Origin: Octopus sinensis
Taxonomy: Eukaryota
Reading direction: 5' to 3'
Length of the DNA stretch: 64,000 nucleotides
NCBI RefSeq assembly: GCF_006345805.1
Contig: NC_042998.1
Span: 46,934,001-46,998,000 of the forward strand
Both the position numbers and the translations under genes were made by a program. The notes beneath the pieces are model-generated. The model searched no databases, had not been told where the DNA came from, and worked only from the letters and a program-made list of their open reading frames with translations. Shown here piece by piece: positions 52,401 through 64,000 of this stretch; within the stretch, counting starts at the first letter, position 1; the number at the start of each line of letters is the position of its first letter.

Positions 52401-53016
52401 AATACTACTACTACAATTACTACTACTATTACTGTTATTATCATCTCATTTCTTTTTGTCAGATTTCATCTGATATTCCTTAAAGTGATCAACGGTGACC
52501 ACTCCGAGACCAAGAACTACGCTTCTAAATCCGAGACAAATCAATGATGTTTCTACATGGCTGCATATCTCGTGGCAAAATCCCCGAAACACCTCATTCC
52601 CTCTTCTGCTTTTATTTCCTTCCTTCTTACCCGCTCTTAATTTCTCTTCCCTCCTCATTTACTTTTTATTCTTTGAAGATCGTTTTTCTGACCTTATTTC
52701 TTGACCCGTTTAAATAGATGTAAACTAGAAAAAAACGAAATAAGAAAAATTACAAGTTAGAGAATAAAAAAACCCCAAGAAGACACATTTTAAAATCAAA
52801 ATAAAAACAAAACAAAAGTTCGGCTATCCAAAGAAACAAAAAGCATAGAAAAACATACCAATTACCCACATACTTTAATTGATTGATTACTGATACAAAT
52901 CTTAAGAAAACGAAACCAGAAAATCCTTAAAGCTCAAATAAATCGGATCGACACACAATTAGCCTTGTGTGGTGTGTGTGTTGTGTGTGTGCGTGCATTC
53001 GTGTGTGTGTATGTGC

Positions 53017-53053
<37 letters not shown>

Positions 53054-53098
53054 ATGAGTACATAAGTATGTATGTAAATACATATACATACGTATATG

Positions 53099-53131
<33 letters not shown>

Positions 53132-53258
53132 ATGTATATGTATATGTGTGTTTATACTGTGTATATGTGTGTGTGAATGAGTGCGAGAAGGTGACAGATA
53201 ATTTGACAGGCATGCAGATAGAGAGATAGAAAGACAGACAGACAGACAGACAGATAGA

Positions 53259-53304
<46 letters not shown>

Positions 53305-53309
53305 TACAA

Positions 53310-53476
<167 letters not shown>

Positions 53477-53793
53477 TTGAAAGAAAACTATATTACATCG
53501 AAATTTTGCCGAAGATGGTACATCAACCTTGTTTATTGCTTTTATACATTTAAGAGCAATTTATCAATATGCCAGGTCATGTATCTACTTCTTGCTTGGC
53601 GGTTTCCTACTTTGTGCCATGCTATAGGCATGTGGAAGAAGAAAGCAGCAGTTTTGCTTAGAGGGATGTAAGAGAGAGAAAGAATATGTTATAAAGGGAA
53701 AGGGATTAGGTACATGAATATACATATAGGTAGGAAAAAGGAGTGATAAGCATATATCTATGTTAAGCCTCCTTGGGGCAATATCTATATATC

Positions 53794-53834
<41 letters not shown>

Positions 53835-53851
53835 TTATCTATATATCTATC

Positions 53852-53884
<33 letters not shown>

Positions 53885-54116
53885 TATTATATGTAGAAAA
53901 ATACAAACTGGGACAAGAACGCAAAACACTTAGAAGACAATACAAAAAACACGGACGGGACATTCGAAGCCCCCAATCTTCAGTCAAGAACCGGATCATC
54001 GTAGCAACCTCGGCTGATCAATCCTGAGATCGCCCCGATCCGGTCAGCCCCCAGGAAAAACTAAGCCACGAGCATTAGAAAAACTAAGCTACGAGCATTA
54101 GATTTCCTGGAAGAAG

Positions 54117-54156
<40 letters not shown>

Positions 54157-54165
54157 TATATATAT

Positions 54166-54224
54166 ATTACTGAGGAGATGGCGGCGTGGGTTTCCGCCTA
54201 GATATCCGAAACTCGGAGTTTTAT
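54166..54224 (+). ncRNA. Hammerhead-like motif with intact core and imperfect stems
   Basis: CUGAGGA; GGCGG/CCGCC within stem II; GAAAC-ucgga-GUU; stem I 3 of 4 pairs, truncated by (TA)n. Confidence 0.5.
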
Positions 54225-54291
54225 CATGGGTACAGAATAATTGTCACATATTATATATGCATACATACATATATATATATATATGTATGCA

Positions 54292-54330
<39 letters not shown>

Positions 54331-54347
54331 GTGTGTGTGCATACATA

Positions 54348-54380
<33 letters not shown>

Positions 54381-54765
54381 GACGCAGCGTAGCTGTGTGG
54401 TAAGAAGCTTGCTTCCCAACCACATGGTTCCAGGTTCAGTCCCACTGCGTGGCACTTTGGGTATATATCTTCTATCATACCTTTTGAGTGAAGTTGGTAG
54501 GGCAAAACTGAAAATACGCCCGTCGAATATGTGTGTGAGTGTGTGTATGTGTGTGTGTGTGCGTATTCATGTGTGTTTCTTTGTTTCTGTTTTTGCCCTC
54601 CCCACCCCATCGCTTGACAACCAATGTTCGGCAAAAGAGACCAATAGAATAAGTACCGGGTTTACGAAGAATAAGTCCTGGAGTCAATTTCTTCGACTAA
54701 AAGGCGTTGCTCCAGCATGGCGGCAGTCATATGACTGAAACAAGTAAAAGAATGAAAGAAAAAGA
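54381..54765 (+). mobile_element. SINE family B
   Basis: Family B consensus. Confidence 0.85.
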
Positions 54766-55264
54766 ATATATATAGTGTGTGCGTGTGTGTGTGTGTATGT
54801 GTGTGTGTGTGTATGTATGTGTGTTTGTGCGGGAAGAAGTCAGCAGCAAGAATTTAATGACGCACATAGGGACGGGTGAAAAGAGGAAAGGGGATGATAG
54901 AGTAAGAATAAATGCGGGAACGTTGAAAGAGCAATGACAAGTAAGAGACGTAACGTAAGAAAATAACAAGAATCGACCACTGATACGTATAGAAAGGAAG
55001 AAATATAGAAGGGAGGAGATAAAAGAAGAAATTCCTACAAGATATCGAAATATGTATGGGGAACAATCTGGTACACGACGACAACAGGTGGAAGCAGATT
55101 TTGATGATGAGGCAAGAGATAAGTGTGTGTGTGTTTGTGTCTTAGCTCAACAAATGTAGGCTATGTCCTGGTCGAGGTTTAAAATTTTACCTGTGGATTT
55201 TATAATTCTATATACTACTACAATAAATAAAATATACACCATTTGTATATACATGATATATATA

Positions 55265-55582
55265 TATATATAATAATAATCCTTTCTACTGGAAGCACAA
55301 GGCCTCAAATTTGGGAGAAGGGATTATGTCGATTTACATCGTCCCCAGTGCGTAACTGGTACTAATTTTATCGACCCCGACATGATGAAAGGCAAAGTCG
55401 ACCTCGGCGGAATTTGAACTCAGAACATAGCGGCAGACGAAATACCTATTTCTTTACTACCCATAAGGGGCTAAACACAGAGGGGACAAACAAGGACAGA
55501 CAAACGGATTAAGTCGATTATATCTACCCCAGTGCGTAACTGGTACTTATTTAATCGACCTCGAAAGGATGAAAGGCAAAGT
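55265..55582 (-). mobile_element. SINE family A partial dimer (junction 55445/55446)
   Basis: tail1-core / tail2-core. Confidence 0.85.
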
Positions 55583-55730
55583 GACTGAAGAACGAAGAGG
55601 AAGTGTAGGGAAAGAGAGAGAGAGAGAGCGAGCGACAAGCAAAGGGATTAAGGAGTGCGAGAGAAGGAAAAAGGGATTAAGGAATGCGAAAAAGGGGAAA
55701 AAATCAGAGTGACTGAGGAATGAGAGAGGA

Positions 55731-55787
<57 letters not shown>

Positions 55788-56284
55788 AACAACAAGGGAG
55801 AAAAGCGAAGGAGGCACAGAGGGTAAGAGTCGTACAGATATTCACATACACATGTATGTGTGTGTGTGTATGTGCGTGTGTGTGTGAGTGTGTCCGTACG
55901 GTGGCTGCCAGCTCCTTGCAGATCATGATCTCTTCTTGTGTCTATGATTGCTCTTTCCTGGTGTGAAAATTTTGAATAACATTTGAGTCGTGAAAGGCGT
56001 TCAAAAAACTGATCAAATATTTTGCATCGATATACCATTTCCCACCTCTCGCTTGTTTATTATAAATATAAAAGTGCCACTTCAATCCTCCACATGACTT
56101 ATAGATTTGTTTGTAGAAGACGTTGTATTGAAACTGGTCACCCGGAATGAAATTCCGGTAGATCATGCATGCCTTACGCTCATACGGATGCCGGTGCGAC
56201 CTCATACCAGCGAGATATATGCATACTTTTGTGCATGAAGAATATTTAAAGACGGAATGAGAAACTTTCGCAACGTTATTGATA

Positions 56285-56315
<31 letters not shown>

Positions 56316-56989
56316 TGTATGTATGTATGTATGTATGTATGTATGTATGTATGTACGTATGTACGTATGTATGTATGTATATATGTATGTATGAATGAAT
56401 GAATTCATGTATGCATATATATATGTATACATGTATGCATAGAAATTTCGAAGTCAAAAGTTCCTCTCCGTCTATCTTCCAGTATGTATGTATCAGTATG
56501 TGTACCCCTGTATCTGTTGTATATGTGTATGCGTACGTGTACGCATGATCCGTATGAGTATACGGCAGTGAAATGTTGATAATATTAAGGGTAGGAGTAA
56601 CTTAACATTGATAGTCTGACCCCATCGAATCATTCAATTAGGACTGACGACAGCAATGTTAGATTTGAGAGCCATTTACATGAACATTTCAGCAAATGAC
56701 AGCATTCTATGTTTGTCTACGAGGGATGACGACGAGTAGATAATAAAGGCAGGCAAGGACGCGAAAGAACGGACAACAAGAAGCAATTACTGTATGTATT
56801 TGGAGAGGGAATGGTATCAAAAATACATTGGGATGAAATGTGTAAGGAAGGATAAATTTGGAAGTGGTATCAAAACTAACGATAAAATACAACACTGTAT
56901 TTTAGACATTACTTATACAGTGCAAAAATTGGAATAAAATACGTAGTTTTTTTTTATTGGTTTCAATAGCTAACTGCGTATATTTAATT

Positions 56990-57380
56990 CTTTATTGCCC
57001 ACAAGGGGCTAAACATAGAGGGGACAAACAAGAACAAACGAAGGGACTAAATTGATTACATCGAGCCCAGTGCGTAATGGTATTTATTTAATCGTTCCCG
57101 AAAGGATGAAAGGCAAACTCGACCTCGGAGGAATTTGAACTCAGAACGTAGCGGCAGACGAAATACCTATTTCTTTACCAGCCACAAGGGGTTAAACACA
57201 GAGGGGACAAACAAGGACAGACAAACGGATCAAGTCGATTATATCGACACCAGTGCGTAAATGGTACTTATTTAATCGACTCCGAAAGGCAAAGTCGACC
57301 TTGGGGGAATTTGAACTCAGAACGTAACGGCAGACGAAATACGGTTACGCATTTCACCCGTTTCTGCCAGCTCGCCGCCT
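56990..57380 (-). mobile_element. SINE family A dimer (junction 57166/57167), both units with tail type 2
   Basis: Family A consensus. Confidence 0.85.
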
Positions 57381-58194
57381 TCTAACTGCGTATATTCTCG
57401 GAACATCATCGTCAGCGGTTTCTGTCGTATATATCAACCCTATTACTCTGTCTGGTACAAAGCTCATTTGATCGGCGTCATGATGCTGGAATGAATAACT
57501 GATCAGGTGTAAAGATACATAAGCGAGACAGAGTAATATGACAAATTACTTTGTAGCGCTCACTCTTCATCTGTGTGCGCGCACGCGCATGTGTGTGCGT
57601 GTGCAAAATATCCAATGAGAAACATTAAAACCCGTGAAGTAGCAGAATGGTGACAGCGTTGCATAGAATGCCGTGATGTACTACGCACTGGCCCTCTGCG
57701 ATCTAAGTTCAAATTGCACTAGCGTCAACTTGGCATTTAATCTTTCTGGATCGATAATTAATCCACAAGGATAGTAGTAATAGGGTCAATTCTTCTTTCT
57801 TTTTTCTCTATAAGAAATCTACTTCGGTCAACTATAGAGCGGGGTTGCGGCACCTCATTTTTCCTCTACTGCACCACCGCAATCCCCTTAAAAGTTGAGA
57901 TCTGAAGGAAAAATAGGAAAAGAAAATCATGGGGAAGTACTCGCATTTTAGGGGAAGGTACTCCCGAATACTTCGACACCAGTATATGAACAGTATATGA
58001 ATACTTCGATTCCAGTTATATTTTTATATATATTGGGAAAACGCAAATCAAAACCGACAATTGTGGGGATCCAGCTAATTCAGAATCTAAGTCAGTAGTT
58101 CTCAACCATATTTTTTTATGTATGGACCTTTTTAATTACTATATCATTCTGGTGGATCCCCACAACAATTTGATGCTCAAACACAAGATATATA

Positions 58195-59178
58195 CAGGGT
58201 AAGGCAGAGAGGACGGACGTTTTTGGAATGGCTATTACTCAACTCCAGGATGAGGGACATATGTCCGACAGGTACCGTTCGATCCGTGGTGTCTTAGCAT
58301 TTTCTTTTCTTCTCAGGTGAAGCCGTAGTGCTGTGGACGATAGAGCATCGCGTGTTTCCCGATGACAGTTACGTGAGAATAACGAGTCTGTCATAGTAGT
58401 TCAGCGTGAGTTTTGAAATCAGGCTGTTCTCATCTGTAACACAATCGTACGTTGGATGAATGCACTTCATTACACGAGGTACACTAATGAATAGGAGACC
58501 AGTGGGGGCGCCGCGAACGGTACGGAACCCGGAAAATGTGGAACGCGTCAGACAAGCTTTCATAAAACGCACCAATAAAAATGGACACCACGTGAGAGAT
58601 GATTTCCACACTTGATATTGACAAATGCTAATTTAATACGAACACATTGATATCAACAAAATTTGTTTGCAGCAAAATCTAATGATTTTGTGAATTTTTG
58701 ATCTTTTCGGTTTGACCGGCAGTTTTTTAAAAATAATTTCCACGTAACTAAACGCTTTTAAACTTCGTATAGTGGTAGAATGTGTTTATAAAACATCTTT
58801 TTCTCTTGGCTTTATTGAGAAAATTCTATAGTTTGTAAGATATTTGTTGTTGTTTTTCTTCAATTTCTGCAATTTCAACCAATCAATGACATCTATTGAG
58901 GTGAAAACATTCTGTGCTGTATGAATATGTCCCTCGTTTAAGAAACAGATTGGGTTTATTTACATTTCTGAAGAAAAAATTATACCCTTCCCCCCATCCC
59001 TAACCCTAACTAACCCTAACTCTAATCCTAACCCTAAAACAGATTGAAATGCAATAGATCAATACTAGGGTCATAATTATGGGTGACAATTTCATATGAC
59101 ACCGCTAGAAAAAACTGCCGTTCAAACCAAACAGATCCTGAATTTTTCAGAAACGTCCGTCCTCTCTACCCTATTCTG
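58195..59178 (+). mobile_element. Internally deleted Tc1/mariner-superfamily element
   Basis: TIRs ..agagaggacggacgttt; TA flanks; relic N-terminus WTIEHRVF..NNESVIVVQREF..TIVRWMNA..GAPRTVRNPENVERVRQA. Confidence 0.8.
58700..59138. mobile_element. Mutator-like MITE with subterminal TAACCC repeats
   Basis: TIRs gatcttttcggtttgaccggcagtttt / aaaactgccgttcaaaccaaacagatc; 9-bp TSD tgaattttt (58691-58699, 59139-59147). Confidence 0.75.
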
Positions 59179-59983
59179 TAGTAGATGCCCCTTTCAAAAT
59201 TCCCATTTTGTTATTCGGACATTAACTTGCGCAAGTTAAGCTATGTAAAACGTTAGAGAACTGTTTCTTGTGATTGATACATTTAGATCTAAACTTTTCA
59301 CCGACACTCAAAATACAACTGTGGACGCCCTGTTTACTATTTTGCTAACGTTGATCCCCATAAATCTTATATGAATCCCTAGGGTTCATATGGACTCCGG
59401 TTGAGAACAACTGATCTAAATGGACATAAGCAAACATCATTTAATATGTCGGTCTATCGAATTTTCCACTCTTAACTTCTACAATACTAATTATACTTAT
59501 GTATCCCACCTCTTAAAACTTTGTTAGCGTGAAGTTTCCGGTTTTGTTTACCAGTCAGCTGGATATTTTCTAACCCAAAAGGAGCCAGTAGGTAATTTGC
59601 TGTAATCAAAATGATTCTGAGACAGGTTGGATACCTGACTTACAAACTATAAGATTACTGCTTGTTAAATCAAGTGGAAGATGAGACGGAAATCGCTATC
59701 ATGTTCTCCCAATATACAGAGTAAAATGACAAAACAATATAGGTCAAATGGTGACATACAATCGTGAAATATTAGTTCATTCTAGCAGCAACACTTTTGC
59801 TGACACCGTTTTTATCATAAGCTGCACACAAACACACATGCGCACACACATACACACATGTATATGTGTGTGTCCGTGAGTGTGTGTATATATATATGTA
59901 TATATATATTTATGTATGTTTGTGTGTATATATATATATGTATATATATACACACAAACATACATACATAAAGAAGTTCCTGG

Positions 59984-60069
59984 ATTTTCCTGAAGAGAAA
60001 GCTGCATAATGGACTCCTTATTCATTCGTAATTAGGAATTTTGCAGACTTCGAAACATATGTCGAAAAT
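59984..60069 (+). ncRNA. Type I hammerhead ribozyme, predicted cleavage after C60063
   Basis: Stem I auuuuc/gaaaau (6 bp); CUGAAGA; long stem II (GAA..CUGCA/UGCAG..UUC); GAAAC-auau-GUC with palindromic ACAUAUGU. Confidence 0.8.
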
Positions 60070-60224
60070 AAAATAAAGGAATTTTGTTAAATCTTCGCTC
60101 AGCTCCATTATTTCCTATACTTATATATATACATATATATACATACATATGCATGTATGTATGTACATTTATGTGTGTATGTATAATGTCTGCATGTACA
60201 TATATACACACAGACACACAGACC

Positions 60225-60270
<46 letters not shown>

Positions 60271-61545
60271 GAGGAGACCGGGTCTAGTTGTTACATTTTT
60301 TTGCTTTGGCACCCACATAAATGAACACAGCAGAAGTTTCTTTTCAGATTTAATTAGTAAAATATCTCTATTTATTGTTATCACCAGCGAAAAACAGAAA
60401 TTACATAATATTAATTAGACAGGTTCTAATTAAGGAGGTGGTGTCAGCTGTAACAATTTCCCCCGAGTGTGGGGTACGTTGTACACTTACTGGGGTACAT
60501 TGTTACAACTGTCGATAACTCGGAATTATGTTAACAAACAAATTTTAAATGAATACATCTACTTCTTGCATCTAGGAAGTATTATTTTAATTAATTAACT
60601 GTGCTTTGAACCACTTCATATCCTAACTGTGATGCTGAGAGTCCTCATCAGCCAATTTCCCCATTGTTACATGTACCATCTAGTCGGAATCGTTCTCCAT
60701 TAACTTCTCATCACACAGATCACACAGAAAGTCCTGTCGTCCATCGGTACAGTCAGTGTGTGCCCAGTCATTACAGATCAGGTATTTCCCCCATTCTTCA
60801 CCTGGAAGGGAGTTGGAATACCAATCAGAGCAGACAAGGCATTTCCAATCGGCGACTTGCTTGCTGCGAGGCTGCTCCCTTTGCCTTTACCTGTTTTAGT
60901 TGACGTTCCCTTCCCCTTTGTTGCCTTTTCTGTACCAGTTGCCTTCTTTGGTTTGGATTTCCGTTCGTTTATTTCATCCACTATACGCTGTTTTACGGCA
61001 ACATCCTGTAATGATTTCCTTTCATCCACAACTTATCTGGCGGCTCTTTCCATGACATCAGGAGTATCCCCCCTTGTAGTCTTCCTTTTGCATTTTCTAG
61101 GCATGGCGTGTTAAACTGAAATAGAAGGGGTAAGTTGTTATATGCCTGGGGTAAGTTGATACTGTAACAATTAGTCCCGACCATGGATTTCTGGGGATTA
61201 CCTCGTACACAGCACTATCAATGCATGGCATCCAGGACACACCTTCATGTATCGAAGGCAACTTCCAACAATTTCTAATGAGCCACAAACTACTTCAGTA
61301 ACACCACTTGTGCTTTAGTAGTTAAGGAAATAACTCTGTGGCAAAATTTCACTTTTGGAGTGAAAAATCGTTTTTTGAGCCATACCTTTCCTGGTGACAG
61401 CCCGCCAGTGCAATACACATGTGCAGCCATGATGCTATGGAGTTGGCCTTCACGAGGTAGAGATCCGAGTGCCACCTACTTCTTGAAGTTGGAAACAATG
61501 GGCTTGTAACAACTTACTCGTGTAACAACTAGACCCGGCCTCTCC
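60271..61545 (-). mobile_element. Internally deleted pogo-family DNA transposon retaining an N-terminal HTH start and a C-terminal PHD finger
   Basis: TIRs ccgggtctagttgttaca; TA flanks; ATG at 61104 MPRKCKRKTTRGDTPDVMERAAR*; CLVCSDW..EEWGKYLICNDWAHTDC..FLCDLC; no DDE domain. Confidence 0.8.
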
Positions 61546-61756
61546 TACACACATATATATATTGCTAGAAACAGGAGCTAAAAAGCATTAGGAGTCATAG
61601 TAAGCACATATCATATAATATGTGTTTACTGCAGCAGTAAGGGTTTTTAGCTCTTATTTCTAGGAACCTAGGTGCCGCCCTATATCCTCAGTCACACCTA
61701 GTGACAATTGAATTTTTCCTTTTTGGTTTCATATTGCATATAGCCGCCTTCATCAT

Positions 61757-61792
<36 letters not shown>

Positions 61793-62208
61793 TGTACACA
61801 CGCTCGCGCGCGCACACACTAATACATACACACACACGCACATATATATCATTGCCGCCACAGACCACAGAACAAGACAGCATTGACTACGCAACTACTG
61901 ACTTCAGCACCAGCGCCAGATCTGCACCTCTGCTGCCAACATATTTGTAAGAAAAGCGAGCAAGAGATTATCTTCTCTTTTACAGGATTGGCTACAAATA
62001 ACACGCAAATTCTTTCCATTTCAAATCCCATTCTAAATTGACACATATAACTAAATACTCAGAGACTTTGGATCGCAAGCTGCACCCCCACGCACATGCG
62101 CACACACACATGTATATATATACCTACATGTATACATATAAAACATATATGGTTGCGTGTGTGTGTCCGTATATATTTGTATACGTACGTGTGTGTGTGT
62201 GTATTGTG

Positions 62209-62290
<82 letters not shown>

Positions 62291-63244
62291 CACATAAATG
62301 TATGTATGCATTTATGGATGAATATATATGCATATTACATATGTGTGTGTATGTGTTCGTGTGTGTGTGCGTGTGCGCCGCACATATATAATGTTGTTGA
62401 AATCGTTTAATCCCTACGGGCGACATAAGTTAAATCTGTACAACAATGTATGTGGTCCCGCAAGGCACTAAGTAGGTCAATGCAAGATGCAGAAATCCGG
62501 TCACAGGCAGAGTATTCTCTGATGGGACAAATGGCGCTGTGTTGGTCACTTTGCCCTGCTTTTTAACGTTCTCTCCCATGCTGTGACACATATAACTAAA
62601 TAGTCAATAGTGTAAGGCTTCATCACTGACAATACTTTTCCTTATTTCTCACTTATTTGCTAATTGTAAATGCCAAAATTGTTCATGTTTCCTTTAAGTA
62701 AGTGCGTTTTACGATTCTCATGCGCTTTTCATTTATGCAGCAATGAGTAAAACAGTTAATTGTATGGGTAATTGAAGAGCCACTTTTCGCACGATAATTA
62801 TCTAATGGCCGCCCATCGAATCTGATTTTGCGCACTCAGACTTTCATAAAATCTCTGTGTGCGTATGTGAATGTATGTTTGTGTATGTGTGTGTATTTCT
62901 CTTCTGTTTTTTTTTTTAATGATTTAAATTCTTCTTGTGAAAAGGTAGCTGATTTCAAACAAAGATACAAAGACCCATCTTTGGAATGTGGATAAGGAAA
63001 ACAATATCATATTTTAAACCTGAGAAAAGTCTTGCACAGTTTTACTGTTCTGTTAACAGATTGTATTTGTAATGTGCGAATCAGTTGGTTGATTTCTTTT
63101 TCTGACAATCCAAGCTTATACAGACTGACAGTAAGGCATTTACTTACAAAACCAAATATTCCAATTGTTACTGGTATAAATGTAAATTTTTAATACGGGA
63201 TAGAAGCTGGTGTTTCGATGTATGTATGTATGTATGTATTTTAT

Positions 63245-63680
63245 TCCTTCTTCGCTTGGTTTCGCTAACGAAGATTAAGAAGGGGATGGGGCCCACATTG
63301 TCTGCTGGTACGCTCGTAGCTGACAAGGCCAATGCGGCACAAGCAGGCACGTCCGCACTGGCTGCAGTTGAAGGAGGTCAAGTCAGGATTTGATGGCGTA
63401 GTGTTGCAGTTTTTCCTCCTGCACCATTTGTCCATGAGAGTTGTCCTGCGTGTGTTTTCAAAGGAGGAGACAGCATGGTTGATGCCGAGATGCCAGGTAT
63501 CCACGGCTAGGTTGGACCAGTGGCGAAATTCGACGTGGCAAACACCAAGGGATGTTTACAAATTGTCCTTGTATCGCCTCTTTGATACTTTTCTGTCGAA
63601 ATGGTCTGTAGAGCCAGCGGTGCAGGTGATGAGCTTTTATCATGGAGACAAAACCTGCCTAGCAACTAAGCTCTTCTAGG
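63245..63680 (-). pseudogene. RTE/BovB-like LINE 3' end
   Basis: FNCSQCGRACLCRIGLVSYERT zinc finger; tail cttcgttagcgaaaccaagc. Confidence 0.85.
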
Positions 63681-64000
63681 TCGTTTTCCATTATGGCCCA
63701 TTAATGTTGTAATTTTAATTAACTAAGATTTCTTGCAGTAGAACATCAACTATTATAGCGCCCACGTCAGCTGCGGTTCACGTCAAATAATGTGACGGCA
63801 GTAGAGAATTTGACGATAGCCTAAAGCGCCTACACACAACGCATAATATACCGACATACATAACGTTCATGAGCTTATTGATAAAAGAGACGATAAAAGT
63901 GATTATTAAGCGAAGGAGAATGTCATAAAAGATAGTGATGATGACAACCGCAACTATTACAAGAACGATGATGACGAAAATAGGGATGAAGCGGGGGAGG

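Larger units (their letters stand above)
58093..59413. mobile_element. hAT-type MITE (outer shell of a triple nest)
   Basis: TIRs cagtagttctcaacc / ggttgagaacaactg; TSD atctaagt / atctaaat. Confidence 0.8.

Noticed and set aside
53930-54115. CUGAAGA..GAAU-GUC motif on the minus strand
   Set aside because: GAAA is broken and stems do not pair; at most a dead relic in a dispersed repeat
59000-59036. Telomere or chromosome-fusion site
   Set aside because: Only about 6 degenerate TAACCC units, and they lie inside a TIR/TSD-bounded MITE

Overview
AT-rich, microsatellite-saturated eukaryotic genomic DNA. The SINE families and simple-repeat load suggest an octopus/coleoid cephalopod; this is recognition from memory, not a database result. 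No host protein-coding gene can be called with confidence. Nearly all long ORFs in the track are translations of (CA)/(TA)/(CATA)/(ACC)/(GAA) repeats or of transposon relics. The window holds tRNA-derived SINEs (at least 4 families), decayed LINEs (R4/Dong-type RT and RLE, RTE, CR1/L2-like), Penelope-like (GIY-YIG) fragments and DNA-transposon derivatives (mariner, Tc1-like, pogo with PHD, hAT and Mutator-like MITEs). The most striking hidden signal is about 15 type I hammerhead-ribozyme motifs from several unrelated repeat families. They include (i) a young, non-coding, retrozyme-like element at 12213-13227 with two intact ribozymes 603 nt apart, (ii) three separate families with a compensatory U3-A8 core (UUGAnAA instead of CUGAnGA), and (iii) ribozymes with very large stem II inserts. 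A second notable system is a SINE that occurs as head-to-tail 184-bp multimers joined at the identical nucleotide at 7 loci, with a 6-bp stem that could close a circle. All folds were derived by eye and not computed; many repeat boundaries are approximate.
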